Source of the DNA: Chrysomallon squamiferum
Lineage: Eukaryota > Animalia > Mollusca
DNA length: 64,000 nucleotides
Reading direction: 5' to 3'
Assembly: GCA_012295275.1 (NCBI GenBank)
Contig: CM022674.1
Span: 6,324,001 to 6,388,000 of the forward strand
The notes under the pieces were generated by a model that did no database searches, was not told the origin of the DNA, and saw nothing but the letters and a program-made list of their open reading frames with translations. Positions 1 through 15,523 of this stretch are shown here, piece by piece. Position 1 is the first letter of the stretch. Every line of letters starts with the position of its first letter. The translations under genes were made by a program, and so were the position numbers.

Positions 1-415
1 AAACAGTCGATACGTTATTTTTATGCTGATTCTTTTACATGTAAATATTTTATATTCACATTTCATTGATATTTTGAAATTGTTTCTTAACATGTATTGT
101 TATATAGTTTGTTAACACGTATTCTATGTTAACAGTTGATGCATATTTTTATAGTGATACGTTTTTATATTTGTGATTAATACGCATTTTGATATTCATG
201 ATTAATGCCTATTTCTTTTTTATTAATGGCAGATGTGTATTTTTGCATTCTTCATTAACAGGTATTTTGTTTATTGAAGGTTAAAATGTAATTTTATGTT
301 GATTGTTAATACGTATGTTACATCGTATTTTAATATCAGTTATTAACGCTTATTATTATATTGATTGTTAATGCGAATTTTAATATTATTGGTTAATTCA
401 TAAACTTATTGATAG

Positions 416-453
<38 letters not shown>

Positions 454-454
<1 letters not shown>

Positions 455-1025
455 CTCCAGTCAGTGATTTCATCAAATCCTTATATAACCATTCAACCAG
501 TAGTAATTACATCAGAGTTTTATTACATGCAGAAGAATTATACCAGGAACCAGTCACACCTAAGTCTGTTAGGTTCATTGGCCGATATTGCCAGCGATCG
601 CTGGTTTTGTATCATACGTCCACTTCCGCTGTCCGGTCAACGAAATTCTAGCATTTCTCCGTTTTAGTAATAAATCTTAGCGAACCAAATCAACAGACAC
701 GACGTAGTTTTGTCCAGCGCATTTATTCCCTCGTTTGTAATAAAACTAATACCTCGGCCCTGGGTCTCAGCTTCTAGCTCTTCAGTTTCCATTACGTTTT
801 GTTCAAAATAAACAAGGTTTCGGCGTGTGAGGTTCTTGACTCTGGAAATAAAGATTGAGCCAGAAGAAACATCCAGGTTGATCTTCTCGCCGTTCTTCCA
901 GTTCATTTCCAGCTTCCGGCTTTCTGCGCGCTTCTTTCCGGCTCGCTTAACAGCGTAACCAGTGCAACTTCCGGTCTGAACCGCGCGCACTAAAAAGCGG
1001 AAGTTACTTAGTAATGGAAGTTGAC
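454..1025 (-). promoter_or_regulatory. Candidate ETS-rich promoter plus first (probably non-coding) exon of a minus-strand gene leaving the window
   Basis: CpG-rich island with ETS cores: CTTCCGG 913-919, TTTCCGG 935-941, ACTTCCGG 967-974, GCGGAAGT 997-1004. Possible minus-strand donor GG|GTATAT at ~453, running into a (TA)n tract. No recognisable protein. Confidence 0.35.
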
Positions 1026-2602
1026 GGAGTTTCTTGATTGTGCTGGGATGGATGGTTTCTGTTTTCTTTCGTTCTGGTTTGTGTGTCTGTAACATCTGTG
1101 TTTTGATACTGTTTTTAAAAAGTTATGTTTTTATTTTGGTTTTATTTGTTTATTTATTTATTTATTTGTGTGTTTGTTTGTTTGTTCCTTTGTTCCTTTG
1201 GGTGTTTAGTTGTCTGTTTTTGTTGTTTTTTTTTCTCTTAGTTTTATTTGATATTATATTTAGTTTTATCATAATTTATTTAATGAGTAATACAAGTTGC
1301 TTTTATTTATTTATTTAGTATTTACTTAGGAAAGGGGTTTCTTGTTCGCCAGCAGAAACTATCTCTGTTTTCATTTTCCTTTTTTATTTTATTTTATTTT
1401 TATTTATTTATTTATTTTTCTTCCGTCTTTGATACTGTCCACTCCTCATTTTCTTCTCCTTTCCTTTCTGTTCTTTCTTCTAAAATACTGTCAAGCAATG
1501 AAATATATACAAACAATTATTCCCTCACCTCTAGCACACTTCTTCGAATCCACAGTCCTTCAAAACCGACCTTCAGTGCACAGAGAATGAAAACTGGGAT
1601 TATTAGCTGAAGGTCGAGTTTGTGCTTGATGTATCGATGTGTCACACAGACGAAGCTGAAAAAAATCCAACATCAAACTGTTCAGCTTGAAAACGATTAG
1701 TCATAATCTAAACTTCTCCACGAGAGTTCAGTGCAATTTACATTCTCTTCCCGTGAATTTGGATCGATGTAATTGTGTTTTATTTTATTTTATTTTATTT
1801 TATTTATTTATTTATTTTTATTGCTATCAGCATTATCATATCATTATTATCATCATCATTTTCATCATCATCACCATTTTAATTATCATCTTCCAGTTTT
1901 ACTGTCAGTGAGTCGGTTCTTATAAAGACTTACTATTGCTAATGAATGAAATTAAAAGCTGGGAAAATGTGACATTTTCTTTCTTCTCTCATACACCGTG
2001 CAACTAATCTTCAGTCACGATTTAAACCATCTGAAACCAGCCTACCTCTTTTAGAAAGGTCACATATAACACAAGTCCACGCAATAAATAAGCTTCTGCA
2101 GACAGACAACAGTAACATCGGACAGGATTCACGTCAGTAGACTAACTGTCATTTCATAATCGGATGATGACAGCCCGTGACACTTCGTCTGAAGGAAAAT
2201 GAGCGGGTGTCGTCATTCGATCTCGTTACCTGCCAGCTGAAAAGCTCTCTTCGTCATCGTGACACAACGGTAATCCTGTTCGTTGACGTGAATGTGTCAC
2301 GTGATGTCCACGTAAAGTTGTTTACTGGGCGCTGAGAAGATTAGAAGTGTTGGAAATGTCACTCGTCGCTTCAGAGGGAGAAAGACAGAAACAGAGAGAG
2401 CAAAAAAAGGAAAAGAGTATTTTTTTGTAAAGTGATCAGACGGCGATTTGTAAAGTTTAAGAAATTAACGCGCGCACGTTCACACACACACGTATGCATA
2501 ATTCACGCACACAAATATATGTATTCACGCAACACAGAAAGAAATACTGACACACACAAAATATACTCAACAAATACATCCATCCATACAGCATGAACAC
2601 AC

Positions 2603-2642
<40 letters not shown>

Positions 2643-2648
2643 AAATAA

Positions 2649-2698
<50 letters not shown>

Positions 2699-3001
2699 GT
2701 CGGGTTTAACAGACATTCTTTTAGTGCACGGCAAGTATTCATTTCTATTTATTTATTTATTTCATTTCATTTCATCTTGTCATGTTTTATTTTATATTAT
2801 TTTATTTTATTTTATTTTATTTTATTTATTTTTTTATTCTATTTTTGTTATGTTTTAGTTTATCTTATTTTATTTTATTTTAACGAAAGGCTACAGGTTT
2901 TATTTTAAAATGTATGCATTTTACGAAGTCGATTCTCAGGCGTAATTGAATATTAATGAAAATAAATATTTCAAAATACGCTACAGATTTAATTTTGTTT
3001 T

Positions 3002-4520
3002 ACACCATCTACTATTCCTGCTACGACAACAACAATTACTGTTACATCTCCTATTCCTCCTACGACAACAACAATTACCGTTACATCTCCTATTCCTGCT
3101 ACGACAACAACAATTACCGTTACATCTCCTATTCCTGCTACGACAACAACAATTACCGTTACATCTACTATTCCTGCTACGACAACAACAATTACCGTTA
3201 CATCTACTATTCCTGCTACGACAACAACAATTACTGTTACATCTACTATTCCTGCTACGACAACAACAATTACTGTTGCATCTCCTATTCCTACTACGAC
3301 AACAACAATTACTGTTACATCTCCTATTCCTACTACGACAACAACAATTACTGTTACATCTCCTATTCCTACTACGACAACAACAATTACTGTTACATCT
3401 CCTATTCCTACTACGACAACAACAAACAATTACTACGACAACAACAATTGTTACATCTACATACGACAACAACAATTACCGTTACATCTACTATTCCTTA
3501 CGACAACAACAATTACTGTTACATCTCCTATTCCTACTACGACAACAACAATTACTGTTACATCTCCTATTCCTACTACGACAACAACAATTACTGTTAC
3601 ATCTCCTATTCCTACTACGACAACAACAATTACTGTTACATCTCCTATTCCTACTACGACAACAACAATTACTGTTACATCTCCTATTCCTACTACTACG
3701 ACAACAACAATTACTGTTACATCTCCTATTCCTACTACGACAACAACAATTACCGTTACATCTCCTATTCCTACTACGACAACAACAATTACTGTTACAT
3801 CTCCTATTCCTACTACAACAACAATTACCGTTACATCTCCTATTCCTACTACGACAACAACAATTACCGTTACATCTCCTATTCCTACTACGACAACAAC
3901 AATTACCGTTACATCTCCTATTCCTACTACGACAACAACCGTTACATCTCCTACTACGACAACAACAATTACCGTTACATCTCCTATTCCTGCTACGACA
4001 ACAACAATTACCGTTACATCTCCTATTCCTGCTACGACAACAACAAACCGTTAATCTCCTACCGTTACATCTCCTATACGACAACAACAATTACCGTTAC
4101 ATCTACTACGACAACAACAATTACTGTTACATCTCCTATTCCTACTACGACAACAACAATTACTGTTACATCTCCTATTCCTACTACGACAACAACAATT
4201 ACTATTCCTACTACGACAACAACAATTACCGTTACATCTCCTATTCCTACTACGACAACAACAATTACTGTTACATCTCCTATTCCTACTACGACAACAA
4301 CAATTACTGTTACATCTCCTATTCCTACTACGACAACAACAATTACCGTTACATCTCCTATTCCTACTACGACAACAACAATTACTGTTACATCTCCTAT
4401 TCCTACTACGACAACAACAATTACCGTTACATCTCCTATTCCTACTACGACAACAACAATTACCGTTACATCTCCTATTCCTACTACGACAACAACAATT
4501 ACTGTTACATCTCCTATTCC
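3002..4520. repeat. 39-bp minisatellite (ACGACAACAACAATTAC[T/C]GTTACATCTCCTATTCCTACT), roughly 38 units
   Basis: Directly visible tandem unit, with a few disrupted units near 3420-3500 and 3930-4110. It accounts for the long ORFs in 2946-4881. Confidence 0.95.
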
Positions 4521-4971
4521 TCCTCCTACTACTACAACTACAACTACTACTACTACTATTAATACTGTTAATACTACTGCCGCTGCTATTACCACAACAA
4601 CTAGTACTACTAATACTACTACTACTTCCATTGCGACAACAGCTAGTACTATTACTACTACGACCGCTGCAGTTGCTGCTACCACCACTGCTATTACTGC
4701 TAACCTTTTCACTATGTACACTGCTGCCTTCATCTTTGCTGCTACAACTAAAGCAACTGCTGCTGCTACTACTATAACGTCTGTTTCTACTACAACAACT
4801 ACAACTACTAAGTGGACCACTTTTACTGCAACTGCTACTCATTTACTATTATTTGTTATTAAATTACAAATAGTATTTTGAACTAATTTTATTTTTCTTT
4901 TATCTTCTTTACTTTTATTATTATTATTATTGTTGTTGTTGTTGTTGTTGTTGTTGTTATTGTTATTGTTA

Positions 4972-5003
<32 letters not shown>

Positions 5004-6450
5004 TAATTCCTTTACTTATTTGTTATATATATTCGATTTTTTTTTTTTTTTTTAAATTTTTGTCCGAATTTTATTTTATTTTATTATATTTATTTATTTT
5101 TTTTTATGTTAGTTGTCTTTCTTCTGTTCTTTCTTTTTCTTTCTTTTATTTGTTTCATTTTCTTTCTTTCTATTTATTTTCTTAACCACCTCCAAAATAC
5201 GTGACACCTCCTTTTAAAAAAAAAAAAAAAAAAAAAAATTTCCAAATTACTAACGATCTCTAATCCACATTACCACTCTTTAACCAAAATATTCAATAAT
5301 ATCTGCGTCTTAACTGCCGCACCGTAGATTACTATCGATCCTGTAAAAAGCTTATCCCCTGACAGAATATGTTGCTTTTCGCCATACTATCACTTAAAAG
5401 CATTTTAAAAGCGATGGTTAAAAAAAATTTCTTGAGTTGAGTAATGCGCCGGACGCCATTACCACGTGCTGTTCGTGGCCTTTCCTCAGTCGACAGCTCG
5501 CGCGATCGTCAGCACGTGCTTCTCGTTAAAGCAGACGTCAGTTTGATTCATTCAGGTCACGTGAACGATTTACGGCACCGACGCAAATTAAACGAAGGAA
5601 GCCCTTAGAAGTAATCGGAAATCGGATGTATGTTCGTCTGTCTGTGCCTTTTCTGTCTGTCTGTATCGATCTCTCGTGCTCTGTCTGTCTCTGTTTTTGT
5701 CTTTCTGTCCGTCTCTTTTTCTCTCTCAGCTGTGAAACTGTTCTTTTGATTTCTGAATCCATTAATTTATTAGTTCTTTCACGAAGAAATCTGATGAAAT
5801 ACAAAATTACGTAACTGTTCTTTTAAGCAATACATCTGTCTTTTCAAATTAAATCAGTTAAAATAATAATAATAAAAAAAAAAAAATAATAAATCATATA
5901 TATATATATATATATATCACACACACACACACACATACATATTTATATATAAACGTAATAAAATATCGTTTTAAAGTATTTTAATGTATGTAACTATATA
6001 TAAGTGTGGGTGTGTGTATACACATATGTATATAGGTATATAGATATGTACATATATAGGCGCGTGTGTGTGCGTGTGCGTGAGTGTCTGTGAAAGAAAA
6101 AAAAATGTAGAAAAAGAGACAGACAGTCATTCAGACTGATAGACTTCCTTGTTATTTGCTGCTTTTTTTTTTTTCATAAACTGCTATCAGCACATTAACA
6201 TTCGACTGTTATGTGCCTTAGGCACATTTTTAAGTTTAAAAAAAAAAAGCACTTTTCTGTACAAAATGTTCAAGGTTGTCTTGGAAGTGAAGTGTGTTGT
6301 TTTAACTAATGTAGTTTAATTCCGTCTAGACGTAGAAAAATTAGACACGAAAAGAGATTAAGAAAAACAAAAAATAAAAGACAGAAGGAAAGAATAAGCA
6401 GGAAGGAAGGAAAGAACAAAAGGATTTTTAATGAATACGTTAAAAGGTGC

Positions 6451-6805
<355 letters not shown>

Positions 6806-7714
6806 AAAAAAAAGTGATGGATAAAAAAAAAAAAAAAAGGAAACAAATTGACAGAAAGTTTGATGAAAAAGAACGAAGAAACGAAAAACGGAAACAAAAT
6901 GTTTAACAATGTTCGTAAAAAAGTAAGAAAGCAAATTAGAGAGAGAATTACAAAATATGTCAAAACAAATAAGAAGGAGGAAAAAAAGTAAGAAGACAAA
7001 TAATGAGTTAACTAGAAAAAAAGTGAGATGGAAAATTAGAATTTTGGAATGTTAGGAAACATGTCAGAAACATTGATAATTTAACTGTCGAACTGATCTT
7101 AGAAAAAAGAAAAAAATACACAATGAAGAAAGTATTAAAAAGAATAATAAAAAAAAGAACGAAAGAGAGAAACAAATATGAAAGAAAGAAAGAAAAAATG
7201 AAACAGAGAAAGATTAAAGAAAGAAATAAAGAATGAAAAAGAGAATGTAAGAAAAAGAAAGAACGAAAAAGATAAAGAAAGATGAAAGAAAGAAAGAAGA
7301 AAGAATGAAAAATGGCAAGAACGATGAAAGAAGGAAACAAACAAGGATAGAGAGATAAGAAAAGAAACAGAAAAAGATGACATCAGAGATGAGATAAAAT
7401 GAAATCTCGACAAACACACACGTTTACTGACTGATTTGAAGACACTGGAGCATTTCTTTCTGTGATGAGTTCAAACGAAATTACGTCAGTTTAATATACG
7501 TAATCTCTACCAAAAATCTAATCTGTTAACTCATTACTGAAAGTGAAAAATTTACACCCTTTTCAACATTCTAATAATAATAACAACAACAACAACAACA
7601 ATAATAATAATAATAATAAAGGAGAGAAAACGTGAAAGAATATCTACTCTATATTCGATATCACGAACAAAAAAATTCATTTAAGATCATTTTATTAATG
7701 AAAGAGAGAAAGAG

Positions 7715-7809
<95 letters not shown>

Positions 7810-8489
7810 TCTTTGTGTGTAAACTATATCTATATATAAATCAGATATTGATAGATACAAAGAGGAGCTTAGACGATATTACACTGAATTAGTGATGTCA
7901 GTGGAAACTAGGATGACCTGGCTTCACAATCACCAAGACAACGCTTCATTAAAATTAAACACTAAACTGTGTGTTATCGCGTTGCTAGGTAACGGAGAGT
8001 ACTTTTCACTGTCTGTGTTCAAGCAACACAGAGCTCACTTTTTTATTCATTAATTAGAAATGATCAGTTCTTTGTTAAACTGTCGCGTTAATGTATAACC
8101 AGACGATGCGTTTTGTTTTTTATATATATTCATGGCGTCTAATCTTTAACAGATAATAAAGAAGGCCAGTAAGTATTTCTTAGTGCCTTCTAAGCTTTAA
8201 CAAATAATAAAGTACGCCAATATTATTATCTACACAAAATCATTATGAACATCCTGATCAACCCAAAATACACATAGTCGTGACTTATATCTTTAGTCAA
8301 TTGAAGTCTTTCAAACTGGTTTGCCATCACTGAAGGTTCGCGTACGCCTTTCATGGGCTTAAAATGTATGAACATGGGATATAATTATGTTCAAGTAAGC
8401 GTTAGTGTTATTATGTTAGAATGTTAGACAGAAGAAAAGATGTAGGCGTAATCGTTTTATCCACTGCTGTTAGTTATAATAGAGAAGTT

Positions 8490-8530
8490 GATGCCAGGAT
8501 TTGAACCCTGTACGTATGGCACACAGCAGT
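8490..8530 (-). mobile_element. Degenerate tRNA-derived SINE head fragment
   Basis: Minus strand reads CAGGGTTCAAATCCTG, a Pol III B-box/T-arm. No complete cloverleaf. Confidence 0.3.
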
Positions 8531-9402
8531 AACTACATTTGTCTTCCAGTCTCATTTTAGCTGTTATCATTTCTGTAAAAAGATTTATTTTAGGTCTTAT
8601 TGTTTTATTGTATTTTATTTGTATTATATTATATTACATAATATTATTTTATATTATAATATATTATCTTATATTATATTATATTATATAGCATTATATT
8701 ATACTATATAGTATTATATTATATTATATTATATAGTATTATATTACATGACATTATATTACAATACATTATATTATATATTATATTATTTTATTATATT
8801 ATTTTTAATATTAAATTTTTATATATTATATTATCGTCGTTATTATTATTAGTAATTTCAATACTAGTAGTAGTAGTACTGGTGGTAGTAGTTGTAGCAG
8901 TAGTAGTAGTATTGGATGTAGTAGTTGTAGTGGTGACAATAGTAGCAGCAATGGTGTTAGCAGTGGTACTGGTAATAATGGTGGTAGTGATAGCAGTAGC
9001 ACTAATAATGAGAGAATTTGCTAATGGTTTCCACACACCTTATATTCATGCACGCTTCTCATGGACATAATAGAAACCACAGTTAGTTTGATGTAATAAT
9101 AACAATAATACTAAATTTCTTTCTTTCTACACGATTTTTACGTATTGTTATTATAAAATATTGCACAGGCGAGTCGCATTTATGTGGTTTGTTAACGAAG
9201 AGCTCCATTGCAGTGGAGCTTAGATCCGTTTTTTGCAAAAACTGAGCTTGATCTTATTAACAGAGATAAACCACTGATGCGTGAAGACAAAACTGATTAA
9301 CTGTAAAATCACTGATATCCAGCAGTACCGGACCGTGGAAGTTTTATTGATAGTGCAAAATGTTTTAGATCCGTTACGTTTTATTATTATTATTGTTGTT
9401 AT

Positions 9403-9435
<33 letters not shown>

Positions 9436-9565
9436 GATTGTTATTATTATTATTATTTATTATTATTATTTATTTATTAATTTATGTTTTATTATTATAT
9501 TGTTATTGTTATTATTATTATTGTTGTTGTTGTTGTTGTTGTTATTATTATTGTTCTTATTGTTA

Positions 9566-9664
<99 letters not shown>

Positions 9665-10621
9665 TTTTCGTTTTCTTTAAATGTGATAAATGACCTGTAG
9701 GACCTTTCGCATATAGCTTCTTCATATCTTAAAGGTTTATGTACGCTTGTTGTGGACATAGTAAGAACTTCACAAAACGTTATGATAATATATATTGTTG
9801 TTTAACTTATTATTTATTTATTTAATTTTTTTTTTTTCAAAAAGAATATTACGCATTGTAACTGAATTATTATAGTCTGATGGTGGTTTATAGTCAATGT
9901 ATGAACAACCACACAAAATACAAATATACTTAAACATTTGATTCATGACTTTATAAAAACCAGTCTTGTACATTATTCCGAATAAACTGTCAGACACTTA
10001 ACTTACAAACATTCTACACAAGATGAGCCAACAAGTCAAAATAACTTTTGTACGTAATTAATTTCGGCTAGCGATACACAACAAAGTCCTGAAAACGTCA
10101 GACTAGCTCAGTAAATCAAAAACAGATCGGAAGGAACAGGTTGTAAAATGAGGACCATTTAAAAATTTAGATCGATTGTGGATGAATTCCAGAGTCGAAA
10201 ATGGTTTTGAATGTCTTCAGAATCGACGCCAAATTTACTGAAAGCCGAGTGTTTATTGCAAAATGTCGCGACCTTGCTTAGACAAGAACAAAAGTAATAA
10301 AATAGATTTCTGTTATTTCGTGTTTAAAATTTCCAACTTAGATCGTTCGACGGGTCTGAAACGTACGTACGTCCAGAGAAAGTAAAAGTTGTGTCTGCCA
10401 ATGTTTTGAAGTTAATGAAGTACTTTCTGTCGTACTTTTCGGCTCCTGTTTTGTGAATTCTGCACGCGGGTGCTTCTGTTGAAATGTTCCGATATCGATC
10501 TAAGAGTTTAAGATTACAAGATTTTCCTGAGGAAATTCCAGTTCTTTCGTTATTTATTAATAAGTGTGCTCGTGGGCTGGTTTCATGAGGGGGGTTGTGT
10601 TTGGTTTTTATTGTTATTATG

Positions 10622-10660
<39 letters not shown>

Positions 10661-11684
10661 TTTTTAATTTTAATATTTTTTTATTGTTTTTTTTTATTAC
10701 ATTTTTATTATTTATTTTATTTTATTTTATTTTATCTTATTTTTTATGTATGTATATATATTTTTTTATTTTATTATTATTATTATTTTTTTTTATTTTT
10801 TGCTGATAACATTAGTAAATCAGAAATCACTTTCAACTCATCTTGTATTAACATTTCATTTTCTATTTATTTATTTATATATTTATTTTTTGTTTGTTTA
10901 TTTATTTATTTTTTTTTTATTCTATTTTTATTATTATTATTATTATTATCATTATTATTATTATTATTATTTTTTTTTTTTTCGCATTTTTTATTATTTT
11001 TATATTTTTTATTATTATGATTTTTATATTCTTGATGTTGTTGTTGCTGTTGTTGCTTTAGGCAAGTTATTCAAGTATGAAAATACCTAGCAGTGCATTT
11101 GCATCTGTTTTTGTCTTATCTAGTATAAATAAGTTGTATTTCTTACGAAAATTGATTGAAAGATAAAAAAAAAAATAATAATAATAATAAATAAAAATAA
11201 AAATAAATGGATGATACAACTAGCTTTGGGTCACAAGAAGTATCAGGATACGAACTTCGAACCTGCCAATCTCACGCGCTCAACTTAACCAACGTCATCT
11301 AGAAAAATAATGTTACATAACATGTCATGAAATTAATTAAGAGAACGAAAATCTGGGCTAGATTTTATTCATAAACATGATGAAAATCAAAAAAAAAAAA
11401 AAAAAAAAAAAATTATAATCACAAGTTAATTAATTAAATTTCTTTGACGTGTATTTAGAGAAATTTAATGTCATCTTTGTTCATGATTAAAATGAAAGGG
11501 AAACAAAGGAAGACAGAAAAACTTGTTTACTTTTAGCAGTAAGAGAAATGTTTAATTTGTTACAAGGTGCTAATATCTACAAATATCAACTGAAAAGAAA
11601 CCATTTGGAAGTCGTTTTTACATTTGTTGTTGTTATTACCTGTTTATAGATGGATAGATATAGGTATAAATATAGACAGATTCA

Positions 11685-12292
11685 TACATACATGCATACA
11701 TACAAACATACATACATACATACACACATACACACTCATACATACATATATATATATACACATACACATACATATATACACATACACACATACATATATA
11801 TACACATACAAACATATATACACACACATACAAACAAACATATATACACACACACATACATACATACAAACATTCATATATATACTTACATACATACATA
11901 CATACACACATAAAACATACATACATATATACACATGTACACATACATACATACATACATACATACATACTCACGTAAAACATACATACATACATATATA
12001 AACACACACACACATACATACATACACACATACATACATACATTCATACATACACATGTACACACTCATACATACATACACACATATATACAAACATACA
12101 AACATACATACATATATAGACACACACATACACACATCCACACAACATACATACATACATACATACATACATAAAACATACATTCATTCACACATACACA
12201 TGTACACACTCATACAAACATCATACATACATACATATAGAGACACATACACACATACATATATATACATACACACACACATACACACACAC
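11685..12292. repeat. Degenerate (TACA)n/(CA)n low-complexity tract
   Basis: Directly visible; similar tracts at ~25610-25890, ~39030-39260 and ~41340-41510. Confidence 0.9.
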
Positions 12293-12976
12293 TAAGGAAG
12301 AGAGAGACACACAGAAAGACAGACAGACAGACGGAGAAACAGATAATATTTCCTCAATTAACTAAGCTTCGGAAACACTGGACAGAAACGACATACGATA
12401 CACACCCACGCACGGACAAAACCTCCACGATCCGGTAACCATGGTGATTTCAAGGCGACACGTCACAGACAACAGAACAAACACAAGTGACCTTGTGATT
12501 AGTGCAATGTCGTTGCTAAGAAAAGAAACACAAAACAAATCAAAAACAAAGAAGGAGAATTAATTACAGCTTTGTAATGGCTATTTTATTCGAAATGTTA
12601 CGATCTATAAATTGTCACTCCGCGTTTAGGTGTGCAGGTGGACTTTGCGCGTTGCCTCTGGATTTCTCAGCTCGTAGAGTTCGTGTTGTATTGTTATTAA
12701 TCAAATGTAAATATAGATTGATAATGCAGTTTTCTCCCTGGGGCTGGGGAAGAAAAAAAAAATAATAGAAAGAAAGAAAGAAGATGAAGAGCGGGGGTTG
12801 TTTGATTTGCAGCCCTTGAGGGTTTGTGTAGCATGTTTTTAGTTTCTATTTTTATCTTTTTCTTTTATTTGTTAATCCTTTTGTGCGTGCGTGTGTGTGG
12901 GGGGGGGCTTTAAAATGTTATGTTACTGTTACGTTTTGCGTGTGAATGCGTTATTGTGTGAGGGTGGGAGGGTTAT

Positions 12977-13022
<46 letters not shown>

Positions 13023-13032
13023 TGTTTATGTT

Positions 13033-13132
<100 letters not shown>

Positions 13133-13291
13133 TAAGACAAAATCAAAATAGAAAAATGTATACATCAGACAATATTACGTCAACGCGATACATATCTAGT
13201 TCAGACAATCTCCGCCTTGCACTGACAAAAAAGTTAAATTCTCTTGTACCAAAACGTGTAGTTTATTAACTGGGACATTTCTGGTACATAC

Positions 13292-13352
13292 AGTCAGACA
13301 CTTTTCAAAGTCAGACACTTTTCAAAGTCAGACACTTTTCAAAGTCGGACAT
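13292..13352. repeat. 17-bp tandem repeat (AGTCAGACACTTTTCAA) x3.5
   Basis: Three perfect copies followed by a diverged partial copy. Confidence 0.9.
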
Positions 13353-14583
13353 TTACTAAAACAGAAGTAAAGAGACGGACATCACAGCCTTCGTGAAGTC
13401 TTCGTAAAAAATAATTTGATTTAATTTTTGATTTTAATTTTTTAATTTTATTTTTTTTAAATTTTGAACAAAATATAGAACTACAGTTTAAAGCTGATAG
13501 AATCTTTTTTTATTTTCCTTCTTTTGTTTATTTTTTATTTTATATTTATTTATTTTTATTATTATTACTTTCTTATTATGATTATTTAAAAAAAAAATTT
13601 TTTTTAGTCTTGTTATTTTTATTTTTAATATATGGAAGAACAAGCGAACAATATTTGTATTTTACTGCTTCTTTCTTTTTTTCTCATCTCTGTGTGTATG
13701 TGTGTATGTATGTATGTATGTATGTATGAATATATATATATGCATGTATGTACGTAGTTTATATATATGTATGTATGTGTTTATGTACGATCCATGTATG
13801 TATGTACTTACATACGTATGTGTGAGTACATAAGTATACAATTCGCATATATACAAACTAAAAAGCGTATCACATTAAGTACTAGAAGCAGTAGCGGACA
13901 ATCGATCCAGTAACCCATTTTTTTCTCAGTTCTGCTTTCCAGACGTCTGTGCTCTGACTTTTTCCATTACAACGAGACGTTTCCGTAGTTGTAGTTCTAA
14001 CTTTCAATGTCCGCTCTTAAATGAAACTGTCTCAAAAAGCCAGTTTTAAAATATTCTCTTACTTTCCTGATGTGTACCGCTACGAGTTCAGTCGATAGGA
14101 TAAACAAGATTTTAATTTCCTTAGACAGGTCAGATGTCTCACCTACACGATTTTCATTGCTTAATTGTGGACTGGGTTCGAGAGTCATTTTTTTCTGAAT
14201 TTTTTAATTTGTTTATTTATTATATTTTATTTTATTTTATTTTATTTTATTTATTTATTTATTTTATTATTTTATTTATTTTATTTTATTTTAATTTAAT
14301 TTAATTTTCATTTTACTTTTTTTTTTCTTCGCATTTGTTAATTTTGATATTTCAGGGTTTAATTTGAAATCGTTTTTATATTTATTTTATTATTATTTTA
14401 TTTTTTTCATTTTTTTTTATTATTATGATTTGTTTTCTTTCGTGTTTGTTTGGTTTTTTTTTTTTTGGTTTTGTTATTTTATTTTATTTTATTTTATTTT
14501 GTTTTGTTTCATTTGTTTCTGTAGATATTTCTTAATTGAAGCTTCTTGTTGTTTTCTTTCTTTTTTCATGATTATTATTATTA

Positions 14584-14653
<70 letters not shown>

Positions 14654-15414
14654 CATCATTATTATCATTATTATTATTATTATTATTATTATTTTTATTT
14701 TTATTTATTATATATACATTTTTTCCATTATAATATATACATTTTTCCCGTTAGTTTTAAAAATAGACTAATCTTTCTTTCACTGTTCCACATTCTCTTT
14801 TAATTATTATTATTTCCAGCTGTGATCCTTCTTTGAACAAAATGTGACTTTTCTATTCATCTCACTATACAATTAATATGTCTAAATTATAAATTCATCT
14901 TCTGTTTTTTCTGCACTAATGTATGTGTGTCTACGTGCGTGCATTAGTAACATAATCTAGCGAAATACAAAAACTATTAATTGACAACAAAAATAATAAT
15001 AAACAACTGTATTAATTCAAGGAAGCTTAGTCGTTTACAGTTTGGAGAACCATCATTATTAACAGCATTTTCATTTTATTTTATTTCTTTTTTATTTTTA
15101 TATATTTTTTAACATGATGTAGCAGGAGAAAAGATCGTAAGAACATCGAAAATTACGATTTAGCAGCTCCAAGGCAAAAACAGACTTAAACCTGATTACG
15201 TCAGCCATCTAGTTTACTTAAAAACACCCTGATACAATTACTTCTTTTTTGTCTCTCTTTTTTAAAAATAAAATTGGAAAAGAAAAAGAAGATGAAGATG
15301 AAACTGAATTCACCAAAGGAAATAAAAAAAATATAAAAAGTAATAATAATAATAATAATTTAAAAAGACATCAAGGAAATAATATCGTTATTATTATTGA
15401 CGTTTTGTGCATCA

Positions 15415-15523
<109 letters not shown>

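Noticed and set aside
664-1095. 143-aa minus-strand ORF
   Set aside because: No recognisable domain; it runs through the ETS motif cluster and fits a promoter/5' UTR better.
11240-11295. tRNA gene candidates (GGTTCGAA-like motifs here and at ~8500)
   Set aside because: Only B-box/T-arm-like fragments with no cloverleaf; at most decayed SINE heads.
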